The notes beneath the pieces were generated by a model. It did not search any database, had not been told where the DNA came from, and saw only the letters and a program-made list of their open reading frames with translations. A stretch of 64,000 bases of DNA from Felis catus (lineage: Eukaryota). Made by a program: the position numbers and the translations under genes. Positions 35,985 through 50,163 of this stretch are shown here, in pieces (within the stretch, counting starts at the first letter, position 1; every line of letters begins with the position of its first letter). The DNA is taken from assembly GCF_018350175.1 (NCBI RefSeq), contig NC_058368.1, positions 806,001-870,000 on the forward strand. The letters are read 5' to 3'.

Positions 35985-37560
35985 CACTAACTTCAAGCTC
36001 CAAGAAGGCGAGGGCCTGTTCTATTTTTTCACTATTGTAAATCCAGGCTGAGACCAAATGCCCAGTAACTATTTAGGGAATGAATAAGCAATCTGGGATT
36101 CTCATGCACACACTTTAACTAGTACTGAAAACTCCACATTACTCCCAGTCTTTCTTCTGGATTTTGCCTCAGACTGGTTCAAGATATACTGAGTGTCAAA
36201 TGTTATGCTAGCTGGGAACCCTGATAAGATGAAAATGTAGGCACAACAAGCAAATAAGTAAATAGCATATACTGACAAAGTGACAGGAATGTAAATTCTA
36301 CTGAGGAAAGGCTCTTAAAAATATCTGGAGAGACAGAGGATCAACTTTAGTATTTAGTACACAAAGGGTGGAAGACTGAAAACAGATATTAGAGCCCTGT
36401 GGCCTCAGGGCGCCTGGCTGGCTCAGTTGGCAAAATGTGTGACTGTTATCTTGGGGTTGTGGGTTTGAGCCTCATGTTGGGTGCAGAGATTGCTCAAAAA
36501 AAAATCTTAAAAAACAAACCAACCCAATGGCCTACAATATAGCTGGGTTTTAATTCAAATGGAAAGCTATTGCATTTGAAAAAGGAGACGACCATTATCT
36601 AACTCACATTTTAAAAGAATGTTCTAGATACTATGTGGAAAATAAATTACAAGAGCAAAAGTAGAAGCAAGCAAGTTAGAGGGTAATGTAGTCACCTTCA
36701 GGAACAAATGATAGTGCCTTGAGAGAGAATACATTTACTGTAGAGTTTTAAAATCCCAACAATCCACCAAGGTACTCAAACCAAAATGTTATACAATCCA
36801 ATACCTACCTCTCCCTCAAGCAGCTACACCTCCCCCACGCCCAATCCTAAACACACTTACCTTCTGTGTTTCAGTTAATGGTTTCACCACCATCACCTTA
36901 TCATTCAAATTAGAAACTCCTAGATCACTCTTCGTCTCCCCGTCTCCCACTAACACAGTCTGTTAAATTCACTCTACTTCTGAATTACTCCTGTCTGGAA
37001 TCTGAACAATCATCACTAACATTAAAGATCCCTTCAAATATCATGTGAGGGGTGGGGACTGTGGGAGTAAACCAATTATCTATGTGGTCTCTGCTTTGTT
37101 TCTGATCCAGTAATTTTGTACCGGAAGTAACTGTTCTGACACCCAGTCACCCAAAAGGCAAAGATCCAAACTCCTTAACTTGAGTCAATCAGTTTTATCT
37201 AATCTTTACTTCTTCCCTTCTCTATACTTACCTCCCTCCCCTAGACAACTCCTTGTAACTGCCCAGGATCTGTTTACTTATTAGCCCTTCCGACCACACC
37301 ATTCCATCATCCCACAACCCTCCCCGCCCTCTCCTTCCCCTCCAAAACCCCAAAACTGGCAAGTACTTACTCACCTTTATGACCTGCTCAAAAGTTACCA
37401 TCTTAGTGAACTCCTCCCCGTCTTCCCAACCTTGTTTCTAGATTATCAGAACATTTCCTATTCCCTTCCTTCCTACCAAGTGGTCTTACACTTTGCTTAC
37501 CTATAACCATTAAACTCTAAATCCCAAGAGAGCAAGAACCATTATTTTATTCATTTTTAT
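35985..37560. mobile_element. L2 remnants in both orientations plus a short CanSINE (36407-36515, +)
   Basis: AAGCTCCAAGAAGGCGAGGGCC..GAATGAAT; GGAAAGCTATT..CACATTTTAAAAG; TAAATCCCAAGAGAGCAAGAACCA. Confidence 0.55.
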
Positions 37561-38131
37561 ATTCTCATGTAAACACCAGCTGGTGTCATTCACTCACTAA
37601 ACATACATTTAATAAGGACATACTATGAGGATAAAACACTAAATAATAAGGTCCTTACTCTGCTACAGCTGACTGACATCCTGGACAGAATGAAGTAAAC
37701 AAATAAATAACACAAAAATTTCACACAAAGATTTAAAGAGAAATCTTGTATGACAATAAAAATTTTTTAGGGCTGAAAATTGCATGTAAACAGTAGCCAA
37801 TAGGTAAGTCCAAAAGAAAAGTAACAAAAGTGAAAGGAGTAAATGTAAACTTAATGTGTACAATTTATTTCTTGAAAACTGGTACTCAAAACTCCTTTCT
37901 TGCATTCCTGCATAAACACCAAGCAATTAGACTACAGGAAATCAATCTCATTAACACCTAATCAACGTCACTAACACCTAATGTCTAATACATAAACTCT
38001 GAAGTTTAACTTCAAATTTTTCATTTTAAAAAGAAAAAAATAAGTGAACTGCATAATTACACCATGTAGGGAGATTCTGGGATTATATCCATATAAGGAA
38101 AAGAAAAATTTGACAAAGTTACTACTCTAGA

Positions 38132-38570
38132 CCAGAACTGTCCAGAAGAAAAATAATGCACATATTGTAAGAAATTTTAAGTTTCTAAGAAACACATTAA
38201 AGAGAAAAAAGCAACAGATGAAATTAGCTAAACAGTGCATTTTATTTAACTTAACATATCCAAAATATATTTCAACATATGGCCATATTAAAAATTACTG
38301 ATACTTTACATTTTCTTCATACCAAGTAGTTGCAATTCTGTACTTTACACGTTTAAGTGGTAAATTTTCTCCAATATTTATGTGTATTTAGATTTCATTA
38401 TATTAAAGATGCAAAAATAGATTTGCTTACCCAAGGTGTTCCAAATATGCTAAACACTGTATTGATAAACTGAATTTAATTACAATAAAATTAGAAATCT
38501 TACAGTCTTACTAGTCCCATTCTAAAGATTCAATAGTCCACATATGGCCACCACACTGAATAGCACAGCT
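38132..38570. mobile_element. MER33/Charlie5-type hAT remnant
   Basis: CAGAACTGTCC start, CACATATGGCCACCACACTGAATAGCACAG end, internal TATTTAACTTAACATATCCAAAATA. Confidence 0.65.
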
Positions 38571-39471
38571 CCAATAGAATTATGGCATCCACTTCATCCA
38601 TCACAATGTTGTCTTTTATCAGCACAGACTAAATCAAACAGAATGTTGTCCCTTTGTCTCCTGAGACACACATTTTCTAGTCCTTTTATCTAAAATAGCT
38701 GTCACTTTCTCTACCCTTATGACTACACAAATTATTTCGACTCTATTTGGTCTCCCATGTCTGGAACACCAGTGCCACGGGAGCCGAGGGCTGCTCTCCT
38801 CTGTGCAGTTATCTGCAGTGCCCAGACTGCAAGAAACTGCCAACACAGCAATTGTACAAAACCAGTATAGAATGTTTTAAATGTTGCTATATTCTTTAAC
38901 ATGTACATATTTATATAATCTACTGGATAGAATGACTAGAAATTGCTTGTGACAAGTAGTCTTCCACACTGTTCAAGTAACTGCACAATTCAAATTATGA
39001 GATCTATAATTTCAATCAACAAAAGGAAGAGCTCATCCATTTACAGATCTAAAAGATCATAATACGAACCTAACTACACCTTAGTTTACCTCAGCTCTAT
39101 CATCTGTAGCACAAATATTGGGACATAAACTAAATTTACTCTTCCTAAAATATAAGCGTATTATATAGAAAGGTAGACATTAAGAATCCGAATACTTGTG
39201 CTTTCTATATTATACTTCCTACCCCCAAAATTTGGAGCATGTTATTTTCCAAAAACTTGTGATCTCTTCTAACATTTTAAAGATTTAATGCCTCCAGATA
39301 AAGGTGAACGTACCTAAAGAAAGAAAAAAATTAGGTCTTTCGAATCTTCCTAATTAATCATGTGTAATTCTGAACAGCTGCAGCAACAGATCAAGCACAA
39401 AACTAAAGTTCTTATACCTGCCTACTAGGATAATAGGGGCTCTTAAATACGAGGTCATGTGTGCAGGGAGT

Positions 39472-39907
39472 TATAGGAGTTCTCCTTATCTGTGGTTTTG
39501 CTCTCCACAGTTTCAGTTACCCACACCTGGAAGTAGATGACACTCCCGAGTATATGGTCAGAAGGTCACTAGTAGTTTAATGCTGCATCACAATGCCTAC
39601 AACATTCACCTCATTTTGTCTCATCACATAGGCATTTTATCATCTCACATCACCACAGACATGACTACGATATTCTGGGAGGCCACATTCACATAACTTT
39701 AATTACAGTATATTATAATTGTAGTTTTCATTAGTCATTACTGTTAATCTCTTACTGTTCCTAATGTATAAATTAAACTTTGTCACAGATACGTATGTAA
39801 ATAGGAAAAACCTTATTATTTATATAGGGTTTGGTACTATCTGTGCTCTCAGGCTTTCACTGGGGGTCTTGGAATAATCCCTCCTTAGATAAGGGGACAC
39901 TACTATA
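39472..39907 (+). mobile_element. Second MER44-type TcMar MITE
   Basis: AGTTCTCCTTATCTGTGGTTTTGC ... GATAAGGGGACACTACTA; internal sequence aligns by eye with 22458-22920. Confidence 0.85.
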
Positions 39908-41374
39908 TAGGGAAACTATAATCTGAATCAGAAAACTTGAGTAATGCATAGATTAACAGTTTCCTTTTTCAAATTTTACGCTATTTTTCTGCATTTGTGT
40001 ACCTAAAAATAAAGTTAAGCGTTGACTTCTGTAGAAACAGAATTCGCTGTAGTGTCCAAGTACTGCCACAGAAGTTAAAAAAATCATTTTCTGACTGGAG
40101 AAAATGAGTAATAAATAACAGGAAAACCAAATGTATAAGAAATCTATTCACATAAGTTTTTTTAGAAGTAAACAATGAAACAAAGTTTCACTCATTAGAC
40201 TGCATGAAAATTCCTCATTTGGAAAACAGATTAAATAAGCCACCTCGGAGAAGAAACCTTGTAGTCTCTTAAGTCCTGGGTTTCCACAGAGCAAGAAATC
40301 TGACTTTTTAATAAAAAAGTGAGGGAGATGTGGGTTGGTGCAAAGCTGAAAGGGTAGCTAAGTTGTCTTCCTTGATGACAGATAATGTAACCTCTCAGAG
40401 TCACATTGCTTGGTCAATGTGGATTTCCTGGTAAAACTGAGAGGACATTATGCTAGGGCAGTATTTGGGAAGAACAGACAGGCACCCAGGTGACATCTGA
40501 ATTACAACTAGAAACAAGCCGCTATCCTTGTTTTCTATACACAGATATTCTTAGCAGACATACACCACAATGTTTTAGAAACTACCTGCTGAGACTTTTA
40601 CAAGGCTACAAACCAGGTGATTGTTTCTTTGTACTAATATATTCAAAAAACTTTTTGAAGAAACTATAGTCAACAATAGCAACTATATATGCTCTCATTA
40701 TGGACCGATTGATTGTTTTAATGTACTGCATAATTCTGAATAGACTTTGAATCGTACATATACGTAGCGTAAGTCTTTGTAAGGTCTCACAATCCAGGCT
40801 GTAACTTTTTACCATAAAACTACTTAACAATTTCCATTTATTGAACTCCTTGTTCAGCATTATGTTCTAAAACGACTAATGAAAATTGAAGCTGCAAAGC
40901 AAGAGGGAATTACATTTAATAAATATACTCATGGTCTTAGAAAATACATTTATGACATCTTTATCTTTAATCTACAAAAGCAAAAAACCAGTTCACACAA
41001 GAGAAAGGTCAAACCATCATTTTAATCCATCAAAATGGTGTAATTCTATTCATATTTACCAAGATGGTAAGCAAAGACCCGGACAGTTCTAGAACTTTTC
41101 ACCTGTCAGGCATACCCATCTTCAAATACACTGATACAAAACAGATTATTACATTGTTTCATTTCTCATACTGGTGTAAGTAGCTTAAAGTCACTTGAGT
41201 AAAAAACTTTTACAGAATTTTCAAACTATACTTTTCTGCACTCCCTCTTCACTTGAATTAACTAGGCTTGTGACACAAAAATTAAATCCTAGTTCAAAAA
41301 AGGATAAATACATATCACCTGTTAGGATTTAGCAATCAATAGCCATGACAGTGCCTGCTTTTAAAAAATGGATT

Positions 41375-41590
41375 TGGGGGGCACCTGGGTGGCTCAGTAG
41401 GTTGAGTGTCTGCCTTCGGCTCAGGTCATGATCTCGCAGTTCATGAGTTCAAGCCCCACGTCGGGCTCTGTGCTGACAGCTCAGAGCCTGGAGCCTGCTT
41501 CAGATTCTGTGTCTCCCTCTCTCTGCCCCTTCCCCACTCATGCTCTGTCTCTGTCTCTCAAAGATGAATAAATGTTAAAAAAAAAATTTT
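41375..41590 (+). mobile_element. CanSINE
   Basis: Near-consensus full-length copy. Confidence 0.93.
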
Positions 41591-41767
41591 TTTTTTAATG
41601 GCTTTTGTGTGGTACTCGTCAATTGGCAGAGAAAAGTTTGGGAGTATTTGGATGGTCTCAATGACTGGCCAGGGATCCTAAACAGCAGGACAATGACCTA
41701 CACCACCACCAACAAAAATCAACCAACCAAAAATGTTACAGTGATTCTTTTGAGTGATACTTTAGAA

Positions 41768-41950
41768 CAGAGGCTCTCAAAGTGGGGTCCCCAAACCCAA
41801 CATCAGTACCAGGGAACTTGTTAGAAATGTACATTACTTAGTCCTACCTGAGACCTGCTGAATGAGAAAACTGTGGGGTGGGCCCCAGAAAGCTGTTTTA
41901 ATGAGCCCTCCAGATGACTCTAATGCACACTTAAGTGTGAGAACTACTAA
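41768..41950 (+). mobile_element. MER5A
   Basis: CTCAAAGTGGGGTCCCC..GGGAACTTGTTAGAAATG..GCCCTCCAGATGACTCTAATGCACACTTAAGTGTGAGAACTACT. Confidence 0.85.
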
Positions 41951-43766
41951 TCTGGAGGATGTTCATGACTTTTGTCCTTTAATTTAGAACAGGGATTTTG
42001 TTTTTCTACAGTTGTATCTCTCAGCCTTGAGAACAGGTACGGCAAACAATAGGACCCTTCAATACATACTGGTAAAATAAATACATGGGTATAGTACAAT
42101 TCTGAATGACATGGCTCCCCCATAAATTCCTTATGACTGAGAAAGTATCACTTTGTAGACACTCTGATTTTTATGTTCACTTTGCTGAACTGTGGACCCC
42201 TAATGTTTAAAATATTCTAACCAAGTCCATGAACATGTAAATATTCTAACCAATTCTAAGAATTTGCATTATAAACTAAGCAATAACCACTGAGTAAGTT
42301 ACTACTACCTCCAACACTTCTAAAAAGATCACAAATTAAAAGAGAATCACTATGTGTTAAATTGTTTACTTTTTCTCATTACATAAGAACACCAGACATT
42401 TGTAAATCTAAGCAATGCATCATATTTGATACTGATTAATGTTATCTAATAATCTGAAAATACCCTGAGGAAAAACTTATTCTGGCAAACTGTACAATAA
42501 AACAATATAAATAACCTGTGCAAGATAAATTGTTCCAACAAGAATACAAAAATTAAAATGTAGGTAATTCGTAGGCCAAACATGGCAAATAGCAATAGGA
42601 TTGTATTTATATAGTTTCCTAAACCCCAAAACATACACAAACTCTCATCTGCATTCACCAAAGTCTGCTAAGTTGACATTTTGCATAATGAAGATGGAAC
42701 AAGGAAGAGTATGTCTTAGAGATCCAGGCAGGGATGTAACACAAAACGTAATGGATTACTGTGGCTACTCCTTTAAGCTTTGACAGTACCTCATATACAT
42801 ACATATCCTACGTTAAATATCTGAAATGATGATTTCAGAACTAGAAACAAATTATAGATATCACTATCAGTTCCAAAGTCTTGAACATTACCAAAAACAC
42901 ACTTACACAGAGCATTTAAGAAACACAAGGTCCATTACATTACCATTCAATTAACGTCTATACGTTACTGTTCATGCAATGCAGGGCCCTCATTTTTAAT
43001 GAATAAAAACCATTTCTTATTAACTATACTTAAAAAAAAAGTTGAAAATTCAAAAATCATGTATTCAAACTAAATACACTTCTTAATTGTATCTAATCCT
43101 ACTAACTAGTCTTAACTTTAAGACGGACGTACCTTACATGAAATTTGAATTATACTGTATAAGAAGTGAAATTTTACGTACATGTACAAGCACAATACCA
43201 TCTTTTAAAATCAACTTCTTTAATTCAGAAAGCAAACAGTAATTCTACCTTAGGGTTTTTATATAAACATAGTCAACGAAACCTAGTATCTGTTGCAAAG
43301 GAAGGAAGAGTTGGTCCTGGTAACAGTGATTCAAGCCATAAAACAATATCCTTGAAAGATAACTTTTTTTAATGTGCACTGTGAATTCTGGCTAGCTCAC
43401 TTTAAGAAATGCAGTATTCTCCATCTAGAAAATCTAGAAAATTCTCCATCTAGAAAATAAAATCCTCTCTTACTGAAAAGGAAAACTATACATCATAAAA
43501 CAAAGTACATACCACTGATTCCACCAAGTAAATAAAAAATAATCAAAGAGTAAGTTTCAACCAAAAGGAAACCTTGGAGATATTTATAACCTAAATGTGA
43601 TTTTATAGAAGTCAAGTAATATTCCCAAGATAACAGTGTTCTGGTTGGGCCTTTAAATATTCAGTCATGTAAGATTCAAACTTCAATCACCAATACTGCT
43701 ATTCAGTAATCCAGTAAACAAAAGAAACTTCCAAACTGTTTTTTCTACACTTAGAAGTGCTTTTAA

Positions 43767-43767
<1 letters not shown>

Positions 43768-43804
<37 letters not shown>
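43768..43804. repeat. Poly(A) run, about 37 nt
   Basis: Read directly; no element body recognised next to it. Confidence 0.9.
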
Positions 43805-43807
<3 letters not shown>

Positions 43808-44096
43808 AATACAACATACAATGCAAAATACAGATCTTAATCAGATACTGTTTTTTTAAAAACTTAAGATTAGATACTATAAAAATAATGAAATTCTTCA
43901 CGATTTCCCCAGAGCAACATTCTATGAATTACCTGTCCACATTCACTCAGGAAGCTATGCATGCTTTATTTTACACAACTGTGAAAAACAATTATGTAAA
44001 GTAAGCATACTAAAATTGTTTCCTATTTTTAGAAACTTAGTTCTGAAGGATGCAGGAAAGGATATAATGCTCTTGTGAAATATAAAACTACTCTCA

Positions 44097-44300
44097 GGGT
44101 GCCTGGGTGGCTCCATCAGTTAAGCAACTGGCTCTTGGTTTTGGCTCAAGTCATGATCTCAAGGTTCGTGAGTTCGAGCCCTGTGCTGGGCTCTGCACTG
44201 ACGGCGCGAAGCCTACTTGGGATTCTTTCTCTCCCTCTCTCTCTGCCCCTGCTGCGTCTCTCTCAAATTAATAAACTTTAAAATAAACAAAATAAAACTA
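44097..44300 (+). mobile_element. CanSINE
   Basis: ATAAAACTACTCTCA direct repeats on both sides. Confidence 0.92.
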
Positions 44301-47300
44301 CTCTCAATTTATTTAATCCTGCTTTCTTTAGGATGAAATAAACCCACATGGGTCTATACAACTTTGATGGACTTGTTACTTACTTTGAAGTAGTTCCCAC
44401 CTCTCCCCACTAAATAAGTTCATGTCTACAACTATCTATGAAGCAAGCACAGAAAAATACAACTGTCTAATCTAGGAGTTAGATATTTGGGTGTTCACCA
44501 TCTTATTCTTGAAAGTATTAAGTCTGAGTTTTTACATCATTACTACCCTTTCATATTTCAGGAATTTATTTTAACATATTATTAGACATTATAACACAAC
44601 AGCACACACAGAACATTTAAATACCACAACATTCCCCAGAAATTTTCCTCTACTTATGCAAAATAATGTATTCCTTTGATTTCTGACTAGTTCCATTAGA
44701 CAATAAATTTCAAACCTTTTTGAAAAAGCTTAAACATAAATTTGATCACATTCTCTCACAAGGCATTTTCTTTCAATCACACCATGTATCTTTTTCTCAT
44801 TCAGAATCTAGGTTGTAATTATCAACCAAATCCCCAAATATTACTTAGTGACTATTAATCATTCACGCTGATATTCAGCAAATTACTACAGACTTCAAAT
44901 ATAAACACCAAGTTACTGAAATGTTCAAAGTATGTTTTTGCATAAAATGTAAAGGTGTAATTTCAATTAGTATTTGAGAAACAAGATCCAACATTTCATT
45001 ACTGTCCTTATTGATATTTTTAGTTCTATTAAATGGCAATTCTGGTGAAACCAGGTTACTTTTTCCCCAATATTACTGATACTGTAGGGTTAAAAAGAAA
45101 TATTTAATCTCTTTCGTTGAATGATCGGTACTCATTTTAAATAGAAAAACTCAAAAATTCAAGGAATAACAAATTGAGCTTTATGAAATATGGGTGAACC
45201 GTAAGTTCTTTAAAAACTAGATCTGTCCAAGTTTGTTTATTTTCAAAACAAAAATGGGGAAATTCTGACAAAATAATTAGGAAAATGGGTATTCCTTTAT
45301 TTTGTGCAAATTACATACTAATTGCCATGAGATCTAAATCCTACAGACTTCAAACTGAGTGTTTCAAATCATGACACAAAAAGAAACACAATATTGTGAT
45401 ATTATAATTCTAAGATGTTTCAAATTACCTTTTTATGGACAGAATTATGGTAACATAGGACAAATTCACACTTATTTTAAAAAGCTAATACTATTATTTA
45501 TTTTTATATCTACTGCTTTTAAGAAAATGACATTTAAATATCTTTCCTGGTATGTATGCTAATTGACCAGAAAAAAATATTGACTGAACCAGCCACAAAG
45601 TTGTTTATACAAAAACACTAAAAACTGAATAACTAGAAGTTCCCAGATGCTCCACTTGACTGTCACTCAGAAGCTGACTGTTCCCAGGGTAAACTTGGTA
45701 AGCACTGGAACAAAGATTTTCTTGATGCAAGGAAAAAGCTGTGTAGAACTCAATTCTTGGAGCCAGAGTTGAGCCGGACACTAGAATGTTCAGAAGATTA
45801 GGACATCTCCTTGTGCACTGGCTTTCAAATGTTCTTGAATCAATGTTACACAATTTCACAACCTTGGCCAAAAACAGCTTGGTATTAACATCAAAGGATC
45901 AAGCTTTTTCCACTCTTAATTAGGCTTTGAAGCAAAATACAGTGCTAGAAATTACCCAAGAATTGTATGAATAAAAATACAAGTGACCGGAAAAGTGTAT
46001 TTAGGTGCTATAGATATCATTTAAAAATTATAGTTAATGTTAAAACTCCCTACACTGTACTTAATTAATAAAATAATCCCACTCCCTGCCAACTCATGTA
46101 CATGGAAAATGTGATGAGAACAGTCTTTGACTATTATTTTATAATCTCCAAATCATGTTTTTAAAGATTTGCCAAAAACAAAAGCCTATGAATACCACAA
46201 TTTTAGAAAATTCCATCCATACTGCTGTGTCTAAAAAATAGAACGTGAAATAGTACACAAGAAAATTTTCACTGTTACAAAGGAATGCATCTCAGTTTTG
46301 CTTTATACCTAACTGCTTCTGTGCAAGATTTTAAATTAACCAAATTTATTTCTTTCCAAAGTATGCCTTCCAGCATAAACATATACCATGCAAAAATGAA
46401 TTAATATTTACATACTATTCATTTCAAAATAGCACATTATTCTTCATGAAAATGCTAAAAGTATGATACAGTAACACACTGAAATGTTATATGAGAAACA
46501 ACTACATTATGATCAATGGCTGATGCACTCGATTTGTGGTTTAAGGTGAATATAAAATTCCGTAAATGTAATTTTAAATTAGACGTGGCTAACATACAAA
46601 ATTTTAAATATAGCAAGGACTTTTAGAATAACAATTATAATGTGATTAAATCAGTTTTTCCCTAGTACTGAAAATCAAACTTCAGGGATCTAATCCGATT
46701 CCAATGCCCTTAGTTAGCCACATTCTCAATTTCCTGTTTTCCTTTTCGTTGTTTTTTTCCCCCCAATCACCACTTGAACTGTTTCCCTTGGAAACAAACA
46801 CAACTAGCCTGTCAGACACGTTTTACTGGAGAGACTTACCCAACTATGGGAAGATATTTACAACACCGCAGAGTTAATCCACCTTTAGTACTTCCATAAA
46901 ACAACATTCTCAAGAAATGCCTAATTTCTTCTAAATCACACCAAATCTTCATGGAACATCCAACCTACCATGATTGTAAGGAAATTTAAAGGGTAAGATC
47001 TAGACACTGACACCAAATAACAGCAGATTAGATTAAAAATAGACATTATTTTATAAGCAAAAGAGATTTGCCTCCAAACAGTGTTTTTTTTTCCAAGATT
47101 CAAAAGATTTATTTGAAAAAATCAGCACAGGACAAAGATATCCTTAATATTCCTTCCCAGAATATTTGAATATTTAGAATCTATATGAAATGTAGACAGC
47201 AACTCTGATTTCACAGAAAGAACATCAATGGTTTATACAAACGTAAACTCCCATCCCCACCCCTCCCCGATATACTATTCTATCTACCCCTGGTTGACAT

Positions 47301-47478
47301 TAGCTTTCACTAAGCTTCTATCTTCAGTGCTACTTGCACAACCTAAAAAGCAGAAAATCATTTTCATTTTTAAATGGCTGGAATTAATTAAAGCAACCAA
47401 AGTACTACTGTTACAGCAAAGTTTAGTAAAACTATGAGAGAATACTAGTAACATTTGTAAATTATCCAAAATGATTTC

Positions 47479-47484
47479 TTTATT
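47479..47484 (-). terminator. Probable PSPC1 proximal polyadenylation signal AATAAA
   Basis: TTTATT on + about 290 nt downstream of the PSPC1 stop; a second copy lies at 47108-47113. Confidence 0.65.
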
Positions 47485-47772
47485 GAGATTAAGTAACTAC
47501 ATAGACTTCACAGTTCTATGGCATATTTATATTTAGCTAAAGTCACAAACACATTTTAACATTCACAATGATGAGCATCATCATCACCATTCTAATCTAC
47601 AAAGCTTATGTATGAATAAAGAAAAATACAAAAACCTCAAGTTTTACAAAAGAAAAACTTTAAAGTCTACATACATTAACAATAAAACCATTTCTTCCAG
47701 GTAACAGGTAAAAGTATAAAGGCATACCACGGAGGTTTTTTTTTCTCTAAGTAGCCAGGAATGAAAGAACGT

Positions 47773-47958
47773 TTAATATCTACGACGCTTATTAGGGCCT
47801 TCAAAGTTGCCCCCTTGGCTTCCTCTACCAAAACCACCAGGACCACCACTAACAGGACCTACACCACTCATTGGTGCTTGAGGGGTTTCAGAACCTGTTC
47901 TACTCCCCATAGGTGATCCCATCTGAGATGGCGGTCCTTGCGGAAATCTATCATTATG
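47773..47958 (-). CDS. PSPC1: PSPC1 last coding exon: [61 protein letters not shown]
   Basis: TATTATAG acceptor; 62 codons ending in TAA at 47773-47775; DBHS-family C-terminal NLS PNKRRRY. Confidence 0.97.
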   Translation of the reverse strand, partial: HNDRFPQGPPSQMGSPMGSRTGSETPQAPMSGVGPVSGGPGGFGRGSQGGNFEGPNKRRRY

Positions 47959-49993
47959 CTATAATACCACATAATAAACATGAAGTCCATTTGGAACACG
48001 CCAAGTATTAAGTGACAAGAAAAATTGGCAAAATCCCAAGTGGTGGTGTCATGAAGTTCAGCAGAAAGTCCAGCAGAATCAGGATCACACATAGAAGGAA
48101 GAAAGGAGCAATTTAATTAGTTACTACGTCAAAAAAAAAAAAAAATTAAATAAAGCATCTGAAGAGTTACATATTGCTAATGCTATGCCCCAATTTCATG
48201 AAAAAAGAATTGATTTTAAGAAGGGAATGCCATTTTAAACCTAATCAGTATTACAATATTGTTCTGATCTTTTTAATAAAAAAATAAGTTTATACTGCAT
48301 ACAACTGTGCTGTGCAAAAAAAATACTTTTTTTGAAAATCAAAGAAATAAAACTGGGGAGCAGCATCACACTGAAAAGGTATAAACATTCTAAAAATTTC
48401 AACAGCAGTGCTTTTAACATAGAAAGTACTAGTACAATCACACACAGAATTATTATGTCAATATTAAAACTTTTGATGTGTTTTTCTGGAAAGACTATCA
48501 ATGGGAAAATATGGTTTTCTTAAAAACTGACAATTTATTAACATGTACTACTAATAGCACAATTAAATACCTGAATTCTTTGCTTTGGAAAACTTTACAA
48601 GAATAACCACATATGTTAATCTCAAAGATTGAACAGAACTCCCTACATGCAGTAGTAAAATGTCACTGTGAAAAAAATCAAGGGTGATATTTAAATAACA
48701 GTTACAATTTCAGAGGGAAGGGTGGAAAAACGGGCCAGTTAATACTACTTTAAGTTACTACTGATGATTATAAGCCACACAAAAACTTAACCGAAGCAAA
48801 GTTTTTACTAGCTTTCAGACATTTTACTGTAAAATAAAGCCTCCAGAGAAGGAAACAAATATACTAATTATGCGCCATCTGATCATAGTAGATATTATGG
48901 CACTGCTTTTCTCTCTCTCTACACACTCATTAAAATAAAAAACTGTTACCATGTCCAATTTTTCCAAAATGTTTAAAGATTTGCATTTAAAGTAAATAAA
49001 TTTAAAAATGATGAAACACTGTATCCATCAATCCTAAGACACACATTCACTTTTAATATCTCTGAAATCAATATGGATTTACAGTCAATGGCATTTCTGA
49101 ATTTAACTGGCAGTGCTTTTTCTTTCTTAGCAGCAATGGCGCCTTAACACATGTTGTGGTAGTTCCAAAATAAAACTGCCTTTCAAAGTATACAATCATT
49201 ACCAATTTTCCTTTAAATGCTATTTAGAACAACCATTAACAAAAACCAAATGAAACAATGTTTTGCCAATAGAAAACCTCATTTAAATAGTGACAGACTT
49301 TAAAGGAAATGAGAAGTTATTAGTCTTGCTACTGACACTCAAAATAAGAACTATTATTGAAAAATTTTGCTTTTATAATTACTTAACCCACACAAAGATA
49401 TCTTCACACTCTCAAACCAACACATAAAACTGTATACTTTAAATTTTATAACAAATATAATTAGTAATCCTGTAAGATTGCAAAATGTAATTTAAAATAT
49501 ATTTTACAACCTTAAAGTACCTTATTTTACAGTTAAATTCTCTGAAATTAATCATAAGCAATCTTGTTATTAAAAAATATTTACAGAAAACTGTGTTTTC
49601 ACACATACTGGAGTTTTATTCCCCACCAAAGGTAAGGAGTCTACACACAGGAAAAAGAACACAATCTTAAAATCTTGACCTTTACATTGAATACTGGTAA
49701 GAAGTGGATACAAACTAAAAGCAATATAAAAATAACTATAATTAAAATGTATATTGGCCATATACTTAAGTACAAAAGCATACCATGATTGGTAATCCTA
49801 ATTCTTGTGATACTTAAAAATTGCCTTTCACATAAGTCAACATATAACTGCACAAAATTACTTTTTCTTCAGTGGATATTGATCTTTACCGCCAAAATAA
49901 ATGATGCCAAATTATGTTAAGTGTGAAGTTACCTTTGGGGCAGAAAAGTATATATTACTGAATATAATCAAAATAACGTTTATGATACATTAC

Positions 49994-50163
49994 CACTGCT
50001 CCATTATCTGGCATCATTGGAGTTCCCATATTTGCAGCTCCTTCTGGTCCCATGGCAGGACCAGGACCCATTGGTGGGCCAGGTATAGTTCCTCTGTTGT
50101 TCATATTCATACCCATCATTGGAGGAGGACCTTGGTTACCAGCAGGTGCTGGGCTAAATGCAT
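49994..50163 (-). CDS. PSPC1: PSPC1 coding exon: (D)[56 protein letters not shown]
   Basis: TTTTGCGTAG acceptor; GTG|GTAATG donor; 170 nt, phase 1-0. Lies inside track ORF 49955..50176. Confidence 0.97.

Noticed and set aside
38585..38650. Minus-strand stretch reading ADKRQHCDG*, loosely like the human beta tail
   Set aside because: The nearby acceptor is out of phase with that reading; the 18718 exon fits phase, length and donor better.
47722..47730. Possible 3' UTR donor GTG|GTATGC 45 nt after the PSPC1 stop
   Set aside because: Moderate motif only; nothing in the sequence shows it is used.
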